A stretch of 61,120 nt of DNA, filler included, from Dugesia japonica (taxonomy: Eukaryota), in the NCBI GenBank assembly GCA_001938525.1. It is 5 parts of 5 records of this genome, joined end to end, with 100 filler letters (N's around TTAATTAATTAA, not from the genome) between each part and the next. Parts side by side here need not be neighbours in the genome. Positions count along the whole stretch, not along the records: positions 49,852 to 61,120 come from MQRL01625466.1; 4 more parts are not named here. The stretch is one strand, 5' to 3'. Under the pieces are notes generated by a model. The model ran no database searches. It was not told the origin of the DNA and worked only from the letters and a program-made list of their open reading frames with translations. Shown piece after piece: positions 49,852-61,120 of this stretch (its first letter is position 1; the number at the start of each line of letters is the position of its first letter). Made by a program: the position numbers and the translations under genes.

Positions 49852-52755
49852 TGTTCAGGATAGCATGCACACACTCTCAATATATCATGCCGATGAATAG
49901 CTGTCAGTATGACACACCTTTAAATGACACATCTCAGAACGATAATAGGTGTCACCCGATAGGAGTAAAGATTTTGTTTGGTGTTTTTTGTGTGCATACA
50001 TTACACATGGTAGCCTGACATTTTTCAGAGTAATTGAGTATAGGGTTGCTAGGCAACCACATAATGCATTTATTTTATGTTTTCAGATTTTCCATCACCT
50101 GGAAACTATTTAAATAATGTAGATTTGAATATACGAGTAAGGTGCGATAGAAGGAAAAATCCATATCATCTATTTTCGTAATTTTCACAAGATATGGTAG
50201 AGTTTGAGGTTGTCAATTTAAATTTTAATATTAACTCCGTCTCTAATTCTGTCTTTATTATCCCCTTTATTAGTCCATTTATTAATATTATTTCGAGTTA
50301 ACAGTATTAATATTATTATTTTAGGCACGACCGTATAGTTTGTCTACCAGGATTAGCCTGATTTTTACCGGGTTGTTATCAGCGTCTATTTAATATCGGA
50401 AAATGTCATTATCAGTTCTAATATCTCCATTACAGCCTGTCTGAGAAGTTGAGTGTGTTGTTATATTGATATTATGGTTACGCGATTATTATTATGATTA
50501 ATATTAGCCGTATCCTTTTGGATTTCAGTATTATTGACATTACCACGTTATTATTGTTACTACCTTACTCATTAAAATCGAAGGGCAATATTGGGAAATA
50601 ATTCTCGGAATCCTCACTAACTTTAGCGATGATAACCTAAATATAAGTAATATTCGTTGAATAAGAATTCGACAAGCAGAATTTTCAACTCATTACCCTA
50701 CCCTGATTTATGACTCTTATTACTATTTAAAATTACTTNNNNNNACCACCGTAAACAAGGAACCAGGGCCGTTATTTGTGATAATCAACTTGGTCTAGGA
50801 AACTCACTAGAGATTTATCAACCATAAATAACTATCTAATTTTTAGCCAATGCCAGCTGAATTATTTCATTCATTAAAATGGATAAGGCGACAACGCCAA
50901 GCGTCCTAACTGAAACAATTAATTGCTCACCTCTTAACCAAAGAGAGGGTTGAGCACCCAGATGAGACTGATCTACGTTNNNNNNNNNNNNNNTTTCCTT
51001 TAGAAGAAGGAGTAGATGTAGTTGACGATTTATCATTGTGTTAACATGAAATAAATTTGATATGAAACCTTTTCTGACGTTTTCTATTTTTAATGCTTAT
51101 ATATTTATTTTATATCTTGACCCTTTACTTAGAAATGGAATCTATTTGGGAACAAGTGATATATAGAAGGATCCGCAGGGTAATTTTCCGTCGCCATTAT
51201 AACCCGCATAAAAGAGATGCCGTTATCTTGGTAGATAGGACAAATTTACCCCCAATAGAGGCAACAGTGGCTCGGATTCAGAACTTCGCGGAGAGGGTAC
51301 GATTTCAACAGTGGAATGGCCCTCTACGTAACTATGCTACGGCCTTCCACTATCAACCTTCAGCCCCACCCCCGGTCATGCAGGCTTTTATATCTAACTT
51401 GCTCTGGGGCGTAAGGGAGCCAACCGGGGTGAACGATGTTGAAAACACGGTTCATGTCATTGATAATAACATTACTCCACCATAAAATCTATCTTACTTT
51501 GAAATTAAAATAAATAAGTGTCTCGTTCGTTATAATCTGTTTTTAGATTTGCATGCATTTGTTAATGAAAATTCTGATACATTTATTAAAATCAAGGAAT
51601 ATATTGTATGTCTGTGTAGTCATAATACTAATAATCCAGTGCATTCCTCTTTGAACAAATCACAGGCCCCGAACAAAAAACTGCGAGAAACTATTGAGGA
51701 TCTTGATCTCACTTGGGACTTGTGTCGACTGGCAAAATGTCGATGGGAGGCCGAAATAGCCGTCGCCAAAAGTAAGGTGTCTCGCTATTAGAAGAAATTT
51801 GTCGCTTTCAAAAAGGAAGCCGAGGCTTCCTACCTACAGGAGCGAACCTGGAAGAGACAAGTTGAATCTTTTTCAGAGATTATCCGGTCCTGCCATGACC
51901 GAGAAAATAAACTGGTTAACGATGTTTTACTCCTCCGGGCAAAAATACCGCTCAGTCCTTTGATGATCGAGAAGGGTACCCAAACCCATCGGACCTAGCT
52001 CGTCTAAAATTTGTATTTTGTAAATAAATGTATTGCACGATCTCGCTTACGAATTTAATTATTCATCCTAATTTTACTTAAATCCTGCCGTCATGTTACC
52101 TATGTACTAATTTAATTTCTTTTAGTGCCTCGCATCACTTTTCCCACTGGTCTCCACAGATGTCACCGTATAATGCGCCGCCTGTTGATCGAGCGCCATT
52201 TAAAAAGGAAAACAGATAAAGTCTTCCTCCAACATTTGGATCAACGAGATATTCTCATAAAAAACTTGATAACATAGTAAAGAAACAAAGTGATTTAGCA
52301 TCCCAAACCAAGGCCCTGGAATCCGAAACTAAACAATTATTGCAAAGGAAAATAGATTTCCTAAAGCAATACTTAGCTGACCTTTCCCGCCAGATTTGCA
52401 ACCCAACTTGGGTCCAATGGGACGACAATGACGATGACGCCACCTTTAATTTTACGGTAACGGATCCCAATCAGTGGTTAGATCCAGGAGCTTTGGATCT
52501 GCTGTAGATGTTTTATAAAATAAAATTTGCATGGTTAACGTCGTATTCTTTTCATAACTTATTAATAATAGGGAAATTAATGAACCCGGATACAAAGGTT
52601 GTGGGCGTGCACCTCCTCTTAAGCAAGAGGTCAACCACCATCAACTGAATACCTACCCTAGGGGCGGTAGGTTAAATTCTTGAACGGGTTTCCCTGAGGG
52701 CTGTTTCCCCTCAGTCATGTTTTTCCTACCATCCAACTCAGGTGGAACCCCAACA
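49852..52755 (+). mobile_element. Four-ORF element, copy 3 (most complete): ORF-0 50850-51044, ORF-A 51135-51485, ORF-B 51640-52007, ORF-C 52126-52507
   Basis: Begins TGTT right after a gap and ends GGAACCCCAACA. Acceptor AG ends at 50846, 51132, 51639 and 52125, most with a CTAAT branch-point-like motif. AATAAA after each ORF (~51050, 51509, 52023, 52519). Confidence 0.88.
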
Positions 52756-53478
52756 GATTTGTTACATCTAATGAACCAAATTAATATTAAAGAACATAAG
52801 TTGATTTATTGGAACAGATAAATTATTGCAATGGTTTTCAATCCAGAAATTTATTTACGCAACAAGGAGAAATGGATGAGATATGTGGGCCCCATGAATA
52901 AAATATGATTTCAAATTATGAGTTTGTGTGTATTGGGTAGATATATATCGTGTAGGTGTGTCCATGAATTGGAAAGAAAATTAGACTGCGCTAGTGTGAA
53001 ATTAGTGATAAATAGATTAATCAATTCAGATTATTAAGGTGGTTTTAAGTGCACTATGTGCTTGCTCCAGATTGACATGCCGCTCACGTTAGTTGGATTA
53101 ATTTACCTAAATTGTGAGTTATTCTGTAATCAATAAATTTTGGTAATGATTAATATTATAATTTTCATTAAATGAATTTTCTTTATTTAATAATAATGAT
53201 TCTAACTATTAATAATTTTATTATTTTGATTAAATATTCAAATAATGTTAATTTGCTAAGGATATTAAATAATAGTCAAAATAATTGATAAAATAATTCT
53301 ATTAATATTGATTAATAATGTTTTATATAAATGATAGGAAAATCAATCAAGGGATAACGATGATAATAATAAAACAATAAAAGTAAAGCCTTTTTTGAAA
53401 ATTAATTAAAGATCGATAATCATGCATAATAACTTTCGATTTCGTTACAGAAAATTATTATAATAATAGTAATGATAG

Positions 53479-55230
53479 TAGTGGGGTTCCATCTGAGTTG
53501 ATGTTAGAAAAATTATGGCTGGGGGAAAATAGCAGCCCTCAGTATAGTCGTTGACTCTCAACCCATAATTGGAGTACAGACTCGCACCTCTTTGGTTCGG
53601 ATTCACAATTTTAATTGATTTTATGACAACTAAGACAAAGAATTACTATATATTAGAAAAATTTATTTATATTAAAGTTTTCGGGTTCATCCCATTAGTC
53701 GGGCATGTCGCTCTTAAAATAGAACGCGGCCTCGTCATCGTCACTATTCCAATTCGTCCATGTTTCAAGTTCATATCGTGCGGTCAAATCCGCGATATAT
53801 TGGGTTGGGAAGTTGACATTATTAAAATGTCGGCTTTCCATGTTGTTGGCTAGAATAACTAGTTTGTTGAACATCATTAATTTTTTTCGAAAAAATATAA
53901 CTAGAAAATTAGTTCAGTAAAAATACAACACATCATGCAGGACTTTTATTGTATGACAAAGTTATATCCATATGCACCACTATACACGAGGGGTCTGTGT
54001 CGATTTATCTATAAGCAGTGAGTCCGATGGCAGTTGCTCATGCAACTTTAAGATATCATTCACGAGTTGTGTTTCATGTTGATATAAGCACTGAATGATA
54101 TCTGTAAAGGCCGTTAGTCTGGATTTCCACTGGCACTCTTGCATATGAGAGGACTCCATCTCAGACTTATACTCCTTACACCGTGTCCGCGCCCGTTTGG
54201 TATTGGCCTTTTCGGCTGCAACCTCAGCGTCTCATTTACGTTTCGTTAACTTGTACAAGTCCCAGGTCATCTCAATATTCTCGCTATCCACTCGCAGTTT
54301 CTTATTCGAAACTATGGATCGAGAGCTGGATGAGTTCATTAAAATGAGTTTATGATAAATACAAGCTATTTACAAATTAAACATCGACAACATTGCTAAG
54401 TCATAAAAATTAATAAGTGAAAAGACTTAAGTAAACTTAACTTAACAAGAATTTATTAGATTAAACAACTAAAATTAGGCTATTAATAATGTCCTAAGTA
54501 ATCCTCCCAATCTGCCTCTGGTGAGGCGTATGGAGATGGGTCTTGACCAACAATCTGATCTTGGTCGGGCCAGTGTTGGTATAGCTAGCGTTCCGCCGCA
54601 TCAATAAGTAGCTGGAAATCGGCTTCGGTCGGTGGAAGGTTGTATACCTACTTCTCGCCGTTACGGGTTATGCAAGCGTCGGAATACTATTCGGTTGGTA
54701 CGTTTGTCCCGAACTAATTGCCATCTAAAGTCTGTTACTAGAATAAAATAACCAAAACAATTATATAAGAGGTTGTGTTGACGAATAATAAATTCGGAAC
54801 CCGAAGATTCTAAACAGAACTGTGACTTTAATTATAATAGGAACATCGAAGGAATTAGTTTTAAAGAGAAAGACAAATAACACAAGGAACATCATTTACT
54901 TGTTGATAGAATCAATTCATAACAAAAAGTTTCAATGTCATAGGCTCAGGGATTCCAAAGCGCAAATTTTGGCAAAGCATACCAGATCCGTCTAATCTAT
55001 GTGCTCAATTCTCTCCGGGAATAAGAAATGACCAATTAGTTGTCACTGGCGAGCTGCCTTCCTCTCTCTGCCATTAATCGCAAGGTATTGTATAGCACAT
55101 CAGGCATAGTTCTAGAAAAATGATATGTAATAAATTGTTGGATAATGAGATGATAATGAGAAAATAACGGAGCCCCTGAAATAATGATAAAGCTACTGTT
55201 AACACAAATCATCGAGCCTATCATCAAAGT
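53479..55230 (-). mobile_element. Four-ORF element, copy 4 (divergent subfamily): ORF-0 55107-~54940, ORF-A 54737-54483, ORF-B 54339-53980, ORF-C 53900-~53650
   Basis: 'MPDVLYNTLRLM...IEHID*TDLVCFA'; 'WQLVRDKRTNRIVFRRLHNP'; 'NKKLR...MTWDLYKL.KR...LLIDKSTQTP'; 'QYIADL...W..W..DDDEAAFYF'. Terminus CAACTCAGATGGAACCCC. 5' boundary unknown. Confidence 0.82.
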
Positions 55231-57120
55231 GTCGCTCTGAAATCATTAACAAACATAACAAAAATAATCGTGATCTCTGTGAACATTGGTTATAAGCTCA
55301 CTAACTCTACACATAAACATGTATTTTCAAATTACACCTTCCTTCATATTCCTTCATCTGATGTTCTTATCTCTGTGGTATTCACAGTAAAATATTCGAG
55401 AGAATATTATCATTTGCTAACAGAGTAGAATAACATGATCAACTGATTTGTGTAAAAATATCACAAATTAAATCTGTATTGTTGAACTAAATCTTTTATC
55501 TTTGCCATGTCATACAAGTGTTTATATAAAGCCAAATCCAGATTATTTATATTGCCTTTTTTAATAACAATGAATCTATCATTTTTATAGATATATCAAC
55601 TCAAAACGATATCCAACGCAGAATGAAATGTTAAAAACACAAAGTTTAGAGAAGACGTCCTCCAAAAAAAATGCGAGATCTGCAAAAGAAGAATCAAAGA
55701 TTAAAATATAAGTTAACATCCATTCGTAAAAGGCATCGTATAAGTGAGAAGCGGAAGGTTATTATCTGAGGTTATGTAAAACGCAAGTACACTATACCTA
55801 CGAGTGTAAAGACTTCGTAGAGAATATATTCCAAGAAGGTGAACTGAAAGAAAAACTTATTGATTATCTAAGAAAATATTTTTCGATAATAAAAATTATA
55901 GTCTCAATTGTGTCTTCCGATATATAAACAGGAGCCAAGAAAATATCAATTATGATATTCAAGACGAGTTACCATGAAAACGGGCTGAATTTTTGGTTGT
56001 TGGAGAATATCGCTAAATGTAGTTCGGGGATATTTACCCCACGAAGAGAACATATAAAGGAAAAATCGAATTAAAGGGGTTACAAAATTAAAATCTACTA
56101 AAATTCAAGGGCAACTAAGACTTTTCCAAAGATTTATTGCCAAAAGAATGTTTATATAATATAAGTGAGGGATCATTAATTATGAATTAACTCTTGGTTG
56201 GTCATAATTCCTCTCCCCAAAATAAAACAACAACGGAATTTAGCAATAAGTTTATCTTAAAAAGCTATAAAACCCAACAATTTCACTGTACATTGAAAAA
56301 TGTAAAACTCACTTTATTAGTGCAATAATCTATTTATAAAACTATATCGGATTCATTCATTCAATAAATAACAAACATTCAAGTTTATCAGAGAATCAAA
56401 TTCTTATATATTGGGTTAAGAACTTAAAATATTTCTTAAATTTGTAAGTTAAATTCAAAATTGTTAATAAAACGATCATAAACGAATTTTAATTGAAGAA
56501 TTTTCATTTTTAATTTTTACTTATATTATATAGAAAAAACTGAATATTTTTAAAAATAATTAAATAAAAATATTTACGATATCATATTATTTCATATAGA
56601 GTACTTTTTTGAAAGTGTACTTCTTTAATAATTCAGTATTATTTGATTAAATTTTTATCAGATTGTTAATGAATCCAGGAACATTTTCGAATTACCGAGA
56701 CTTGACTATGAAATCTGCAATAAACTGATTTTTATCGATCTCATAACATATAAGAGGTCGTTCAACATCCGAGTTTTTTCTCCAAGTTCCTTCCTTTTAA
56801 AATTGTGTACATTAAATTCCGTGTATATTGGAGTAATGTATTTCAAAAATAAAAGTTTAAATTTATAAAATTTAAAGTAGTTATTTCTTTAGATTTGATT
56901 GCAATTTAAAAGAAAATTTTATTGATAAATTTTTTTAACCATATGGAAAAAATATTAAAACTAGCCATTATACTAACATTTTACAATATCAATTTTTTAC
57001 GAACTTAGAAATATTCCGAATTTAGTATTTGTTTTAACGGACCTTTTGTTTGTTCATAAATAGTCAGATTTTTGTTTGATTAATATATCTCTTGGAACTA
57101 TTAAATATTTTTCACTTGCA

Positions 57121-60009
<2,889 letters not shown>

Positions 60010-61120
60010 TATGGATGATATTCAAATGTTGATGATATATTATTTCAATAAACTGTTATTGTCTCGCTGATTATAAATTTGTGATAGGTCTGGTGTTGAG
60101 GTTCTTTTACCGCGATCCTGTGTTTTGTATGTTGACTGCGTTCATTGGCATATCCGTAATCGTTTGTGTGTACTTTGTATAAGTTTGTGTACACCTATTG
60201 GTCAGCTGTTCTCCTGTATGATTATCACAATCATCATTTTGCAGTGTTCTGTGTAGGCCAACATCATAAGCTGACTTATTCGTTGTTAATTGTGTTTTTT
60301 GCTGACTATGATTTTTATTGTGGTGATATGATATGACCATAATAGTGTTATTAATTTTGCAATAATCAATCGAGACCTTTATTGTCGACTTTTTAACTGA
60401 AACTCGTACCTTTTTATTAAAATTTAACTATGATTATCATTATTTCCAAAAATAAATCCATACAACAATTTAATTTTAATTATTAATTGTAATAATCAAT
60501 AGCAATTCCTTATTACTTTACTATGCATCATTTGAACTTCGGACATTTTATATGATTGGAATGATTTTTGAAGAGGTTGTGATCACATGAAATTATCTTG
60601 AAAAATTGCGAATTTAATTTTAAGATGGTTGAGAGAATTGTTTATCAATTGTGATTATCATTAATTTTGAATAGATTCATGTAGCAACAAACCTCCAATT
60701 CTAGATTGAGATTATCGAATTTTTCTCTTTGGATTCGTTTTAAATGATTAATAAGTAAAGATAAAACAGACAACTGTTGATAATTGCCAAGTAATCGAAT
60801 TTCTTTCTATCTCTAATAAATTATTTTTAACGTAATTTAAATATGAAAAATTAGTGTGGTTGAATATTTTGAACTGATTCCAAATGTAATTTGCTGAAAA
60901 TGTGATTGTAAATATCATTTTCATGGCTTCCTCAAATCAATCTTTAACATATTTCCAACGAAAATAAATTAAATAAGAATACCAATAAAAATATTTTACA
61001 ATTATTACTAGAATAATTGTTAGACGTAACCATTTATCGTTTTTCAAAATTCATTAAAATAAAAGCTGTCTTCATCCGGAATTGACTTTTTTGATTTCTT
61101 CAATATTTATTTTTATAAAA

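Noticed and set aside
51630-52135. Operon resolved by flatworm spliced-leader trans-splicing, with the SL's terminal AUG as start codon
   Set aside because: An SL ending in AUG joined at AG|TG would be out of frame with ORF-B and ORF-C, which need exactly one upstream base.
52580-52755. Hammerhead ribozyme in the element terminus (copy 1 abuts a Penelope-like fragment)
   Set aside because: No CUGANGA...GAAA core with proper stems found; the adjacency looks like nested insertion.
56690-56970. Possible exons of a gene divergent from Rab1
   Set aside because: Splice-like sites exist, but I could not join them into an open frame or recognise a protein.

Overview
Very AT-rich, gap-ridden eukaryotic (invertebrate) genomic DNA. 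Short introns, a GATA4/5/6 gene and the transposon mix suggest a planarian flatworm, but that is inference. Four identical TTAATTAATTAA linkers inside N-runs show the window is at least five concatenated contigs. Host genes supported by hand-splicing: GATA4/5/6 (21085-23364, +), the last two exons of an ECHDC1-like crotonase (23582-24334, -) and Rab1 (57121-60009, +). Most of the rest is decayed transposons: hAT, Tc1/mariner, pogo/Tigger, MULE, Ty3/Gypsy, Penelope-like, MITEs and a possible Polinton-type terminal repeat. The most striking observation is a dispersed element of roughly 3 kb, present in four diverged copies (~8.5-9.1k, 29.8-32.6k, 49.9-52.8k, 53.5-55.2k). It carries four small ORFs I cannot assign to any family, in fixed order. 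Each ORF follows its own 3' splice acceptor and is usually followed by its own AATAAA, and the element ends in a structured GGAACCCCAACA terminus. Two of the ORFs lack an ATG and start AG|TG, so splicing to a shared leader may create their start codon. One ORF ends in a conserved dynein light chain (LC8) binding-type TQT motif.
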